DNA of 62,568 nucleotides, filler included, from Nemertoderma westbladi (Eukaryota > Animalia > Xenacoelomorpha): the NCBI GenBank assembly GCA_032718475.1. It is 3 parts of 3 records of this genome, joined end to end, with 100 filler letters (N's around TTAATTAATTAA, not from the genome) between each part and the next. Parts side by side here need not be neighbours in the genome. Positions count along the whole stretch, not along the records: positions 26,408 to 56,139 come from JAUCBJ010006882.1; positions 56,240 to 62,568 come from JAUCBJ010003512.1; 1 more part is not named here. One strand, written 5' to 3'. Below the pieces are notes generated by a model that worked only from the letters and a program-made list of their open reading frames with translations, was not told the DNA's origin and did no database searches. Both the position numbers and the translations under genes were made by a program. Below are positions 47,701 through 59,793 of the stretch, one piece after another; position 1 is the first letter of the stretch; each line of letters begins with the position of its first letter.

Positions 47701-50700
47701 ATGTGGTATGTTGCGAGATCTAGGTGTAACGGAAATTTGTGATTTCCTAGATGGATGGGTAATTGATTTGAGTTTGTGGTTGAAGATGGATAAAATTGTC
47801 CAGGGTTTGATTGCTTTGTATGGCTGTTGTGTAGAGGGTGTGGGTTTGGGTTAGAAACTGAGGCTCTGGGTATGCTGCTAGTGTTCATTAGTAGTGAACC
47901 CATCTGTTGGGCAGATAATTCATTGTTGTGTTGTTGTTGTAGTCGCTGAGAGGGAATTGGTTGTTGTTTGCCACTTAGTCCTATGTTAGCACAAGTTCTA
48001 GTGGGGGAATGATTGACCCAGTTAACCTTGCTGGTTTCAGAGATCGCGGCGAACCTGTTACTAGTGTTTGTTGAACTCCTAATACTATTGATGTGGTCTC
48101 TTGAGGATCTAGCTGGGTGTCTGGTTTTTGGTTCCTCCCATGGCTTGGCTGGTGCTGATGATGAGTATGCATTTGGATTAACATCATTATTTTCTACACC
48201 CTTTTGCAGTTTGGCTGGGATAATGGGATTTAGTTTATTTTTGACTGAGTCTAACTCAGTTAAGATGTGGGTTATCTTTGCCTCTAACACTAAGCGTGAA
48301 TGTCGCTCGTTACTAGCCTCTTCCTGTAGGTTTATATTCCTTTGCTTGAGGTAAATGTTGTCATTCTCAATCTGGGTCATCCTGGTTTGAATTACTGCAA
48401 CAGCTGTTATTAAGTCTTGTTTCAGTTGTTGATAGGAGTTATTGTCAGACAGATCGGGGTTCACCTTCCTCAGACGTTTCCGGCACACCTCAGACAGACT
48501 GCGGTCTTTTACACTGTGCATCAGCTCAAATATATCTATAGCTGACTCTTTACCTGATGACCGTGAGACAAGTTCCAGTGAGACAGCTTGGGTCGGAGAC
48601 ATGAAAGGTTTCACATCATGAAACAGCTGATCTCTCAATGTTGAAAGCAAGCAAGTGTCCAGGCTCGCAAGTTGTTTTGTGAATTGTTTACGTGAGATAG
48701 TTAAAAGAGGTGACAAGTCAAAGTCACTATATGTAGGGAAGAGTGAGACTGAGACATGCGGTAGATTGGATTGAGCGGGGATAGAGCCTACCGGACAGCT
48801 GTTGTCACTTGTTACGTGTATTGCTTTGCTGATTGGAGAATGCACTGGTATACTAAGACCAGGTTGCCATTGCTCAGATCGGTCTTTTCCCTGTTTGGTT
48901 GGTGACTCTGTTGATAAGCCAGTAGTACCCTTAGCCTTAACATTCGTAGTAATAATAGGACTCATAATATTTGACTTGAGTGGTGCTAGCGTAAATGACA
49001 AGTCCATTTCAATATCCTTGTGTGGTGTTAGCTTAACATTGGATAGACACCTCTTTATCCAATCCCGAGCTTCATCACTATCCCTGTAAATCGGAGAAAT
49101 GTGATTTTGCATTTGTGCAGCAGCAAGTGCATAGAGACACAGAAATAGCCCACAGTCATATGTGTTTGATTGTTTGCTGTAGGCTGGTGGCATACCAGTA
49201 GCCATCCACTGCCCACTGCTACCCAGTGCATTGGAAGTCCGTGGATTTGAGGAGTCAATCTTGTTCAGCAGTTTAATTATGTCGAAAGTGCACGAGTTTG
49301 GTAGGTTATGACCAATGGAGTCCAAAAGGTACATTGTTTTGTGACGTGTGTCAGCAATATGCAAAACATAATGGGTGCCTCTCAGAACCCCATTCTGGTC
49401 GTGTTTGACAACACACTGTGGAAAAAATAAAATTGAGGGTGGATGTGATAGGTGTCGGCCGATGTAGCGTGGTGCTATGAATTTAATGGCACTGAGAAAA
49501 TCCCAACCAGGTAAACTTAGTTTGAGTGTAAGGAGGCTGGAAATAGCAGCCGTGAATGGAAATTGTTTTTCCAGGATTCCAAGAAATCCATCTATGATGT
49601 CATTGCTAATCCATTTAGTTGAGTTTAAAGTACACAGAGCTTGATCAGTTGGAACACAAAAGCTAGGTGCTGTGGGCAAAAGCCCATGTAGATATAATGA
49701 AATATCTTTTGTTTGATCTACATTATTCCCATCTTTGTCATTCGGGTGAAATTCAAAATGGTCCAGGAAAACAACCTGCGGCGTTAGAGCTTCTGATTGA
49801 GCACAGTTAGGAGATGCAGTAACATTTTCTTGCACTATCAGTGAGTCAGACAGCTCTTGCACCGACTCATTAGCATGGCCACATGTCACTGAATTTTGTA
49901 GAGAACCCACAGAACTGCTTCTCTGGACTTTGAAGAAATCTGTAATCTTACTAATACCTAAACTTGTTTTGTTCTGCACACTTGAGACTCCAGGATGACC
50001 TAGATTGGAGTTCTTGGAAACCGGATGGGAACTCGGCGGATTGAAATCCGGATGGGAACTTGGCGGGTTGGAGTACAGATTGGAACTCGGCGGGTTGGAG
50101 TCCAGATGGGAACTCGGCGGGTTGGGGTCCGGATGGGAACACGACGGGTTGGAGTCCGGATGGGAGCTCGGCGGGTTGGGGTCCGGATGGGAACTCGGAA
50201 GGTTGGAATCCGGATGGGAACTCGGCGGGTTGGAGTCCGGATAAGAACTCGGCGGGTTGGAGTCCGGATGGGAACTCGGTGGGTTGGAATCCGGAAGGGT
50301 ACTCGGCGGGTTGGAGTCCGGATGGGAACTCGGCGGGTTGAAGTCCAGATGGGAACTCGGTGAGTTCGAGTCTGGATAGGAACTTGGCGGGTTGGAGTCC
50401 GGATGGGAACTCGGCAGGTTGGAGTCCGGATGGGTGCTCGGCGGGTAGGAGTCCGGATGGTAACCCAGTGAGTTGGAGTCTGGATTGGAACTCGGCAAGT
50501 TGGAGTCCGGATGGGAACTCGGTGAGTTGGAGTCCGGATTGGAACTCGGCGAGTTGGAGTCCGAATGGGAACTCGGTGGGCTGGAGTCTGGATGGGGACT
50601 CAGCGGGTTGGAGTCTGGATGTGAACTCGGCGGGTTGGAGTCTGGATGTGAACTCGGCGAGTTGGAGTCCAGATTGGAACACGGCATCGGCGGGTTGGAG

Positions 50701-51291
50701 TCTGGATGAGAACTTGGCAGGTTTGAGTCCAGATGGGAACTTGGTGGGTTGGAGTCCGGATGAGAATTCGACAGGTTGGAGTCCGGATGGGAACTCGGCG
50801 AGTTGGAGTCCGGATGGGAACTCGTAGAGACTCGAGGAACTCGTAGATTAGTAGAGTATTTTTTGTTGGAATCATAGCTGGCACTGCTGGAGAAAGTTTC
50901 GTCCACCTTACTGGCTGGTGTGGATGAAGTTTCATCGTTAATTTTTACTTTACTGGTTACGGTGACATTTTGCTTCTTGTTTGGCCTCGAACCCGGGGCT
51001 GCCTTTTGCATAGAGGTAGGCGATGCCGATGGTTTCCCCTTATTTCTTGTGTGTGGTCCACTATTTACCTTATTGGTTTTTACTTTTGTCAAATCTGTAG
51101 CAATTTTAGTGGAGCTTGCGACTTTTTTGTAGCCCATTTGATTTTTCCCCCTTCTCCCTGTTTGTTTTTTGTGTGGTGTGTTAGTAGCAGTTGTTGTGAT
51201 AGGTTGGGGGGATGTAGAGCTAGTACCAGTATTTGATAAAATTTTTACCGGTAAACCTACTTGAAACTGTACAAACCCCATATGATTCGTG
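47691..51291 (-). CDS. LINE ORF1 with basic N-terminus, PPSSHPDSN repeat, Ulp1/C48-like protease and coiled-coil
   Basis: WISNDIIDGFL, GTHYVL, LLDSIG, QSNTYDCGLFLC, then a heptad-rich segment at ~48240-48430. Confidence 0.8.
50020..50825 (-). repeat. 27-bp coding minisatellite (~30 units, PPSSHPDSN)
   Basis: Unit ccgccgagttcccatccggactccaac and variants. Confidence 0.95.
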
Positions 51292-51622
51292 AACCATTTC
51301 ATCTCATCTCCATTGAACTTGACGATCTCTCCCACCTTTACCGCTTGATGGGCTTCGGTTCTAGTCATTTGACGCGTAAAACTTTCTTGGGCCATCGTGT
51401 TATTTAATATCGAGTTATCGGTATATAAATTTCTCGGATTATGATGATTATATCCCGACAATGATATGGAATATCATTGTCAACAGGTTTATAATTACCC
51501 TTAATAGGGTTTACTATAGGAGTTTCTACTTCACTAGCAGTATAGATGCGTGTAGGCTCCACACCTTGCGCATGAAATGCTTCAGACCTAACAGGTTGAC
51601 ATATTGTTACAGGGGGTGGTGG

Positions 51623-51919
51623 TGTAGGTACGCTGAGAGTCGTCTCTTTAGCGTCCCACTTTATAACATTATAATATTATAGCAAAATATAAGAATAGGT
51701 TTTATATTAGTGAGTTATATTGTCAATATTATGTTCAGACAATCAGAAGCCTGACAGCCTAAAGCAGTAGGCCTAAGTGCTACAGTATTGCACTGTATAC
51801 TGAAAGTATATTCTCTAGTTGGGGCGAGCCATTCCGTGGGCGAGCCAACTAGTGAGTTATATTGAGCCAAGGGTCTATCAGTATCTTTTGTGTGCCCTTG
51901 TCCATGGTAGTCCGCTACA
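51623..51919 (-). repeat. Gypsy-2 3' LTR (297 bp)
   Basis: TG...CA ends; direct repeat of 55860-56139. Confidence 0.93.
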
Positions 51920-51928
51920 CTACCCCCC

Positions 51929-54900
51929 CTAGTGATAGATCCAAGGTGATTGATTTCCCGAGTAGTACGCCGGCGGTTGTGAAATCCGACCAGAGCGAGT
52001 TTTAGCGCAGGGCCGCGGTTGTGCGTTGTGTGGACACGGTGGGGTCTGGTTAGCGGCAGGTTTAGGTGTGGTCGGTTTGGGTACAGTTACAGCTGGAGCG
52101 GGATTGGGCGGATCGTCGAGGAATGCCGGTTTCAGTCGGTCTACTGAGACGTTGGTGTTGCGGCCGTTTACAGACAGGGAGAAATATTTGTCGGCCCGTT
52201 CTAGAACCTTAAAAGGTCCGTCGTACTGACACTGCAGGGGGCTCTTGTGGGCGTCGTGTCGGACAAAAACGAATTCCGTCTGCAGCAGGTCGGCGGGGAT
52301 GTGTGTCCGACGGTGTCCGTGGCGGGTGGTCGGGGTAGCACGGAGGCGGCTCATGGTCTGCTGGAGGCCGGTGATAAACTCGCTGGGATGGGCGTGACAA
52401 TCGTTCGTTGGGTCGGGGAGGAAAAATTCACTGGGAAAGCGGATCGTAGTCCCGTAGAGGAGTTCGGCCGGTGTGCAGCCGAGGTCTTCCTTCGGGGTGT
52501 TTCGGATTCCTAAGAGGACGAGGGGAAGTTCGTCCACCCAGTTCGCGCCAGTCAGCCGAGCTTTAAGGGACGCCTTAAGCTGTCTGTGGAAACGTTCCAC
52601 AATTCCGTTAGACTGGGGGTGATAGGCGGTGGTGTGGTGTGATTGTGAGCCAAGCAACACGTTGAGGGAAGCCCACAGTTCGGATGTGAACTGGGCGCCG
52701 CGGTCGGATGTTATGTCGGCTGGAACTCCGTAGTGGGCCACCCAATGAGCGAGGAGTGCGCGGGCGCAGGATACGGCGGTGGCGTCGGCCATGGGGACAG
52801 CCTCGGGCCACCGGGTGAACCTGTCTATGATGGTGAAAAGATAAGTTGCGCCTTGGGAGGGGGGGAGGGGACCCACGATGTCGACGTGGATCTTCTCGAA
52901 ACGGCGATCCGGAGTTTGAAATGTCTCCAAGGGAGCCGATATGTGGCGTTGAGTTTTAGCTCGTTGACAACCGAGGCACTCCTTTGCCCACTTCCCGATG
53001 TCGCGGTGTAAGCCGTGCCAAATGAATCGTTTGGCGATGAGTCGGCGTGAAGACCGGATGGAGGGGTGGGAGAATCCGTGGATAGAGTCGAACACTCTAC
53101 GTCGCCATTGTTCCGGAATAATAGGCCGAGGGTTGGGGGTCGAAACGTCGCAGAGGACGGTGAACGCGCCGTTCTCGAAAGGGACGTCGTTGATGACAAG
53201 GCTCGTCATGGCGGTGCGGTACGACTGTACATCGGGGTCGTCGTGTTGGGCCTGGGACAATGCTGAATAGTCTATTTGTTGGTCGCGGGATGTAGCATTG
53301 AGTTCAGGTGGGTCTGGGATTTCAACTCGGGAAAGGGCGTCGGCGACGAAGTTGGACTTCCCAACAATGTGTCGGACGTCGGTGGTGAACTCGGACACGA
53401 AAGCGAGGTGTCGCTGTTGGCGTGGCGACCAGCGCTCCGAGGCACTGCGGAAGGCGAATGTGAGGGGTTTGTGGTCGGTGTATACATGGAAACTACGCCC
53501 CTCGAGGAAATATTGGAAGTGCCGAATACCCAGATACAACGCTAGGAGTTCGCGATCGAATGCGCTGTATCGGGTTTCGGCTGGGTGAAGCTTCCGCGAG
53601 AAGAAAGCAACGGGTTTCCAGGAGCCGTCAAGGAATTGCTCAAGGACGCCACCAACTGCTTTGTCAGAGGCGTCGACGGTGAGGCTGGTGGCAGCGGTGT
53701 GGCTCAGGTGGACTAGGAGTGTGGCGGAGGCTAACGCGGACTTGGCGTTATCGAAAGCAGCCACCATGGTGGAAATCCAGACGATGGACTTTGCAGTAGA
53801 GGCGAGCGCATTGTGGAGTGGGTGGAGCAACTCGGCGGCGTGCGGGATAAACCTGTGGTAAAAATTTATCATGCCGAGAAACTTCTGAAGGCCTTTCTTG
53901 TCGGAGGGGCGGGGGAAGTTCGCGATGGCCTCGACCTTCTCGGGTATGGGCTCGGCACCGGCGGCGGATATTCGGTGGCCCAGGAAGGTGAGTATCGGGA
54001 CCCCGAAAATACACTTCTTCAGGTTGATGATGAGTCCGTGGGCGGCGAGGCGGCTGAATAGCAACCGGAGGTGTTCGAGATGTTCCTCGGGGTTCGAACT
54101 CGCGATCAGGATGTCGTCAAGATAGACAAACGCGAAATGGAGGCCCCGGCAGACGTTGTCCATCAGTCTTTGGAAGGATTGTGCGGCATTACGGGTTCCA
54201 AAAGGCATTCGAATAAATTCGAATAACCCGAACGGAGTAATCACCGCAGTCTTTGGAATGTCTTCCTCCGCCACCGGGATTTGATGGTATCCCCGAACTA
54301 GATCGACCTTCGAAAATATTCTAGTGCCGTCGAGTTGGGAGGAGAAATCCTGTAGGTGGGGGATCGGGTATCTGTCGGGGGTAGTCGCGTCGTTGAGGCG
54401 GCGGTAGTCGCCACAGGGGCGCCAACCGCCGCTCGGTTTGGGGGCGAGGTGTAGTGGGGATGCCCAGGTGCTCGATGAGCGGCGAATTATCCCCATCTGT
54501 TCCATCTGCTCGAATTCGCGTCGAGCGATCACGAGTTTATCGGGCGGTAGCCGGCGCGGTCGAGCGAACACTGGCGGTCCTTTCATGCGGATATGGTGCT
54601 CGACGCCGTGTTTGGTGCTCGGTTGGGAGAAACACGGCTTGGTGAGAGCAGGATAATTCGATAGCAGTTCTCGATATATGTTGCTCGGTTGGTCGGCAGC
54701 GTGGAGACCGGGGGCGACAGTATCGGCGAGACGTGCTGGAATACTGGCGAAGGTTTCCGCGTCGATGAGGCGTTGACCGTGGATGTCGATGAGGAGTCCG
54801 TTGTCACTGAAAAAATCCGCGCCGAGAATTGGCTGTGAGACGTCGGCGAGGGTAAATTCCCAGTTCATCCGGCCAAGGTTTAAGTTCAGGGGAATATCCC

Positions 54901-55096
54901 GAGTTCCATACGTACGTATTGTGCTGCCGTTCGCGGCAACTAGCGGGTCGGTCAGTGTGGGAAAACGCCGTTCTCGTGGGGAGGCGGGAAAAACGCTCAC
55001 CTCGGCCCCAGAGTCGATGAGGAAACACAGACCGGCGTTTTTATCCCAAACGTAGAGTAGGCGACTGGAACTACTCCGACCAGCTGACGCTCGCCA
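51929..55096 (-). CDS. Gypsy-2 Pol (PR-RT-RH-IN)
   Basis: FLIDSGAE (upstream of the called start), YLDD, TVDASD, TDHKPL, VDIVGP, SDRGAQF, GIVER, YDGPF. Confidence 0.95.
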   Translation of the reverse strand, partial: WRASAGRSSSSRLLYVWDKNAGLCFLIDSGAEVSVFPASPRERRFPTLTDPLVAANGSTIRTYGTRDIPLNLNLGRMNWEFTLADVSQPILGADFFSDNGLLIDIHGQRLIDAETFASIPARLADTVAPGLHAADQPSNIYRELLSNYPALTKPCFSQPSTKHGVEHHIRMKGPPVFARPRRLPPDKLVIARREFEQMEQMGIIRRSSSTWASPLHLAPKPSGGWRPCGDYRRLNDATTPDRYPIPHLQDFSSQLDGTRIFSKVDLVRGYHQIPVAEEDIPKTAVITPFGLFEFIRMPFGTRNAAQSFQRLMDNVCRGLHFAFVYLDDILIASSNPEEHLEHLRLLFSRLAAHGLIINLKKCIFGVPILTFLGHRISAAGAEPIPEKVEAIANFPRPSDKKGLQKFLGMINFYHRFIPHAAELLHPLHNALASTAKSIVWISTMVAAFDNAKSALASATLLVHLSHTAATSLTVDASDKAVGGVLEQFLDGSWKPVAFFSRKLHPAETRYSAFDRELLALYLGIRHFQYFLEGRSFHVYTDHKPLTFAFRSASERWSPRQQRHLAFVSEFTTDVRHIVGKSNFVADALSRVEIPDPPELNATSRDQQIDYSALSQAQHDDPDVQSYRTAMTSLVINDVPFENGAFTVLCDVSTPNPRPIIPEQWRRRVFDSIHGFSHPSIRSSRRLIAKRFIWHGLHRDIGKWAKECLGCQRAKTQRHISAPLETFQTPDRRFEKIHVDIVGPLPPSQGATYLFTIIDRFTRWPEAVPMADATAVSCARALLAHWVAHYGVPADITSDRGAQFTSELWASLNVLLGSQSHHTTAYHPQSNGIVERFHRQLKASLKARLTGANWVDELPLVLLGIRNTPKEDLGCTPAELLYGTTIRFPSEFFLPDPTNDCHAHPSEFITGLQQTMSRLRATPTTRHGHRRTHIPADLLQTEFVFVRHDAHKSPLQCQYDGPFKVLERADKYFSLSVNGRNTNVSVDRLKPAFLDDPPNPAPAVTVPKPTTPKPAANQTPPCPHNAQPRPCAKTRSGRISQPPAYYSGNQSPWIYH

Positions 55097-55771
55097 CTAG
55101 CGGCTGGTCGGGCCGTTTCCCGCCGGGAACGTGCACGGCCCACGGCAGTTCTTGGCTTTGGTACCATACTTAGCATGGTACCAGCACAAGGTGGAGTCGC
55201 TGACGCGGCGATCGGATGTGCTCATCTTCGGTGGCGGTTTATCGCCTCGCGGTGGGCGACTAACTCCGTACGCCGGGGTTTGCTGAGCCTTCGCCTCGAT
55301 GACGGCGTCGGCAGCGTTTGCGAGTTCGTGCACATCAGTGAGTTTGAGCGCGGAAACGGTTATCCGGACATCGTCGGGAAGCTGTTGAAGGAACAGCTGG
55401 AGGAAGAGGTGGTCGACTGGGTTGGTGCCGTGTAGGGCGAGCATGTAGTCGAGCAGCTCCGTTGGTTTCCTGTCACCGAGTCCCGGTAGGTTTAGTAGTT
55501 TTGCAGCCTTTTGGTTGGGGGTGAGGCTGTAAACTCGGAGCAGTGCGGCTTTCAGGAACTCGTATTTTTCTGTTGCAGGCGGGTTGGAAATGGTGGCTAC
55601 TAACCGACTGGCCACGGTCTGGTCGAGCGCGGCAACGACGTAATAGTACCGCGTTTCGTCCGCGGTTATAGCGCGTGTGGCGAACTGGGCTTCGGCTTGG
55701 AGGAACCACACGTTGGGTTCCAGGGGCCAGAAACAGGGAAGTTTCAGCGAAACGGCGTTCTGTTCGGCCAT
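55097..55771 (-). CDS. Gypsy-2 Gag
   Basis: LKLPCFW...WFLQAEAQF...LGDRKP...CWYHAKYGTKAKNCRGPC. Confidence 0.92.
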   Translation of the reverse strand: MAEQNAVSLKLPCFWPLEPNVWFLQAEAQFATRAITADETRYYYVVAALDQTVASRLVATISNPPATEKYEFLKAALLRVYSLTPNQKAAKLLNLPGLGDRKPTELLDYMLALHGTNPVDHLFLQLFLQQLPDDVRITVSALKLTDVHELANAADAVIEAKAQQTPAYGVSRPPRGDKPPPKMSTSDRRVSDSTLCWYHAKYGTKAKNCRGPCTFPAGNGPTSR

Positions 55772-55859
55772 GGCTGAGCAGCTGAGTTCGCGTTCGTCCG
55801 GGCTGACTCGTGGTTGCGGTCGCGTGTCGATTGGTAGACTAGAATCGCCGGGTCACCAA

Positions 55860-56139
55860 TGTAGGTACGCTGAGAGTCGTCTCTTTAGCGTCCCACTTTA
55901 TAACATTATAATATTATAGCAAAATATAAGAATAGGTTTTATATTAGTGAGTTATATTGTCAATATTATGTTCAGACAATCAGAAGCCTGACAGCCTAAA
56001 GCAGTAGGCCTAAGTGCTACAGTATTGCACTGTATACTGAAAGTATATTCTCTAGTTGGGGCGAGCCATTCCGTGGGCGAGCCAACTAGTGAGTTATATT
56101 GAGCCAAGGGTCTATCAGTATCTTTTGTGTGCCCTTGTC
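55860..56139 (-). repeat. Gypsy-2 5' LTR (partial)
   Basis: Matches 51623-51902 up to the gap. Confidence 0.93.
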
Positions 56140-56239
56140 NNNNNNNNNNNNNNNNNNNNNNNNNNNNNNNNNNNNNNNNNNNNTTAATTAATTAANNNNN
56201 NNNNNNNNNNNNNNNNNNNNNNNNNNNNNNNNNNNNNNN
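56140..56239. other. Artificial contig linker
   Basis: 44 N + TTAATTAATTAA + 44 N. Confidence 0.97.
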
Positions 56240-56759
56240 GTAACATTTTTAATTCTACACAAAAATAGGATTTGTTCTTTTTAATATGAAAGATTTAACA
56301 ACATTTAACAAGATTTAAAATATTTGTTCTTCTAAATCTCTACACCCTACACGCATATCCGAGGGGATTGAAAATTTAATTTTTACAAATGTTGTAACTT
56401 AGACGATTCGAGTAAGTTATTATACTTTGCTTGGTATACGGTTAGACGATTTCAGTTACCGTATTTATACTTGAATAAACGCCCCCATCGAATTAATGCC
56501 CCCCTTAAACCCCTTCCCAGAATAAACGCCCCGGCGTTTAACACTTGAACTAATAGAAACACATAAATGTGATTTCAGAATACAATGTTGACTTGGTCAT
56601 GTATATATTTCGTTGTTGTGTTGACTTGGTAAAAATACAAATATGTGTTTACACTTTTATGTCACGAGCTGGTCTGGAGGTCTACCATTTTAGAAACTAC
56701 GTTTCGAGTTGGTATGAACACAAATAATTGTGTTTTAGTAAGTATTGTCTGACTTGGTG

Positions 56760-58092
56760 AGATGTTTTTTATGAGTTTTATCCTTTTATCCCATTTGGTC
56801 AGCGTTTTTCTTTGGATATTATAAATAATAATTATTTAGATGTTCATGTACAAAAATCTTTCTATTAAAATAGAAGGAAATTGTTTTTTTTAATTGTATT
56901 GATTTATTATACATTAAATTCAAGATAAACAGTTAAACATTTAAGACATACAGTTAGACAAATTGAATTTATGGAGCTGAAACTATGAACTATTGGTTGG
57001 AAGTCGTTTATTTTCTCCCACTCAAGTTCGGAGACAGCTTCGATGTCATCCTCCAAACTCTCAGAATCTGATGTTTTCTCCATCAAACTCGTAAAACGGC
57101 TCTTCCTCATCTGACGACTCCATTATACTATATAGTATATACCGTTATAATGAACCTGCCTATTAATAGGCCAGGGTAGTTCTTGTCAAGAGTTGAGCCG
57201 TTCAAAAACACGATGTGGTTGTGTGTGTGTGTTGTATAACCATCCAATATCTCAAAAACTCAAGCAGGTACGCAAAAATTTTAATAACAAACTCTACATA
57301 AATTTTGGTTGCGCACAAGACTGTATATTTTTTGTGGCGATTTGATCACGGTGTCACTAAAAAATAGCGGTTTTGAAAATTTAAAGTCGAATTTCACTGA
57401 TTTCAATTATGGTCCCTCTCATCAGTAGTAACCTATAAACATTTAAAGGCCCGTGTTACATTCAAACCTGGTATCTCTAGAGTGAGTAATAAATTTGGCT
57501 AGTACTATACTTCTCTGCAGTTTGGGCCTATCCATTCAATAAATAGTAGTAGCTTACTAGGCCCACATGAGTACCAGCAGCTGGTGTTTCTATCGTTGAG
57601 TTGATGGCAATTTTCGTGTTTTCATTTTCGCTCACTCAGGGTACTGGTTTGAGGGGCAGGATTAACTTAGGCTTAGGAATAAAAGTAGCCATTTTATTTA
57701 AACTCCATATTTCATGAGCAAGGTGCGAAAAATTAATAAACGAGACAGGAGTTAACGGCTATTGTTCTTAATATAATAAATGAGAACTATAAATAAATAA
57801 TTAATAATAAATTAAAATAGTAAATAAATAATAATAATTTAAAATAATAAATTATAATAATAAATTAATATATTAAATTAAAATAATAAATTAATAATAA
57901 TAAATTAATAATAATAAATACATAATTATAAATTAAAATAATAAATAAATAATAATAAATTAAAATAATAAATTCATTAATAAATAAGTTTCTCCAATTT
58001 GATAACATGAATCGAATGAATACCGGAGTAGAAAAGTTTTCCACGTCATAAAAAAAATCCATCCAAATAAAGATGGTAGTTAAAAGAGTAAA
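56760..58092 (-). mobile_element. Possible decayed piggyBac-like relic
   Basis: CTCTTTTAACTACC terminus-like motif at ~58088, acidic SDSESLEDD..W ORF (56907-57110), and a frameshifted YI...TKW(G)IK-like motif near 56790-56820. Confidence 0.3.
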
Positions 58093-58899
58093 ATATAGTT
58101 ATTTTCTTCCACAGTGGGTCTAGCAATCCGATGATACTAAAACGAAGTAACGAACAACAATTTATATAAGTTTATGGGGTGTGGGAAATATTGCAGCCGA
58201 AGTCTTGAGATTCAGTTGTTGTTGTGAAGCATACCTGTGGGAAAACCTTATGTGTGGGCGTTGGGGATGCCAAACTGGCGGATATGAGGTATCGGAAGAA
58301 AGCCCATAAGCAGGGCTATCTAGTGTGATAATCTTTTGTTCGTCCGACATAATGTTCAAAAACGGCCATTACTTAAACTTTTCTATATTTTAGAATCTTT
58401 CTCACACAACTGTGTCTGTCATAGTGGGCGATTCGAGCTGATTCAACTACCATTGTGTAGCTCTACATTCAAGCGATTGAATAGCGGTAATGATAAACCC
58501 ATAGGGATCCATTAAGTAGTAGTATTACAGGAATACGTAAAATCTGTCTAAAATACAGAAACGCGTCAGAAACAAGTGGATAGCCGCTCAGGTAAACACA
58601 TATTTGTGTTCTTACCAACTCGGAGAACGTCAATCGATTTTTCCCACCAGTTCGCGTACATTCACATAAAACACATTTGTGTTCCTATCAAGTCGAAACA
58701 AAAGTAAATGAAGACGCTGACCAGTTTAAGTGTTAATAATATTATAATGTGGGTCGTTAACATTGTTTTAAGACTGAAGGTAAATGTAGTAGGGTGTTGA
58801 ACCGCTGTAATAGGCTGCTTTGTAATAAAGATAATCGTGGTTTTATTTGAATTATTTTATTTGTTTAACTTGTTTTCTTGAATTTAACAACATTCTTTA

Positions 58900-59793
58900 T
58901 TGGGGTTTAGCACCATTACTATTTGTAATTGTACTGGATTACGCAATGAGGACGGCCACAAAGGGTGAAGATCTGGGATTCACACTTCAAGAACGCAGAA
59001 GTAATAGATATCCGGCAACTATAGTCACAGACACCGACTTTGCGGATGACATCGCCCTGCTCTCTAATACGCTAGCAGATGCACAACTTCTACTGATTAA
59101 AGTGGAGAGGGCTGCTAAGGAGGTTGGATTGCATATAAATGCTACCAAGACCGAATTCATGACTTTTAATGTTGATGGAAACTTGACAACCATTGATAAT
59201 AATCAACTAAGGAAGGTTGACGACTTCCAGTACCTTGGATCATGGATAGAGAGTAGCAAAAAGGACATAGAAGTTAGGAAAGCAAAGGTTTGGGTAGCTC
59301 TATCAAAAATGGATACAATCTGGAAATCAGATCTCCCCAGGCACCTGAAGACTAAGTTCTTTCGAGCCACAGTGGAAAGTGTATTTTTATACGGGGGTGA
59401 GACCTGGACACTGACTAAATCACTTGAACAATGAATTGATGGTTGCTACACAAGACTACTAAGGGCAGCCCTAAACATCAGCTGGAGACAACACATGACA
59501 AACGCCGAGCTTTATGGTACAATACCACCTGTATCAACCACCCTCCGTGAACGCAGATTAAGATTCAGTGGGCACTGCTGGCGAAGTAAAGACCAGGTCA
59601 TACCAGATCTACTTTTCTGGCAACCAACTCATGGAATGCGTAGTCGTGGACGACCGGCCATAACATATATAGATCAACTTGAAAGGGATACTGAACTTGG
59701 GAGAAACGAAATTGCGACAACTATGGAGAATCGGGAAGCCTGGAAGGATCTCATTTCCACTGTCCGAGTTCGCTCAACTTAGTAGTAGTAGTA
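58900..59793 (+). pseudogene. 5'-truncated RTE LINE 3' end
   Basis: LAPLLF, TDFADD, FQYLGS, RLRFSGHC, an internal stop at 59432 and a (TAG)n tail. Confidence 0.9.

Larger units (their letters stand above)
43862..51291 (-). mobile_element. 7.4-kb two-ORF APE-RT LINE (RTE-X/L2-group-like) inserted in BEL gag
   Basis: Interrupts gag at GGTAACCA|TTTCATC, which is intact in copy B at ~26880. AACCA is duplicated (43857-61 and 51292-96), with a (GAATT)3 tail. Confidence 0.92.
38139..51622 (-). mobile_element. BEL/Pao copy C internal region (gag-pol), disrupted by a LINE and a Gypsy element
   Basis: Gag pieces ~identical to copy B, full pol domain set, PPT-like GGAGTGGGTG followed by TGTGAC at 38138. 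Confidence 0.9.
51623..56139 (-). mobile_element. Ty3/Gypsy element 2 inserted in BEL gag; 5' LTR cut by the contig end
   Basis: LTR 51623-51919 matches 55860-56139, PBS TGGTGACCC (tRNA-Trp type), PPT AGGGGGGGTAG. Confidence 0.95.

Noticed and set aside
49951-50935. Multiple overlapping ORFs on both strands
   Set aside because: Shadows of the 27-bp repeat
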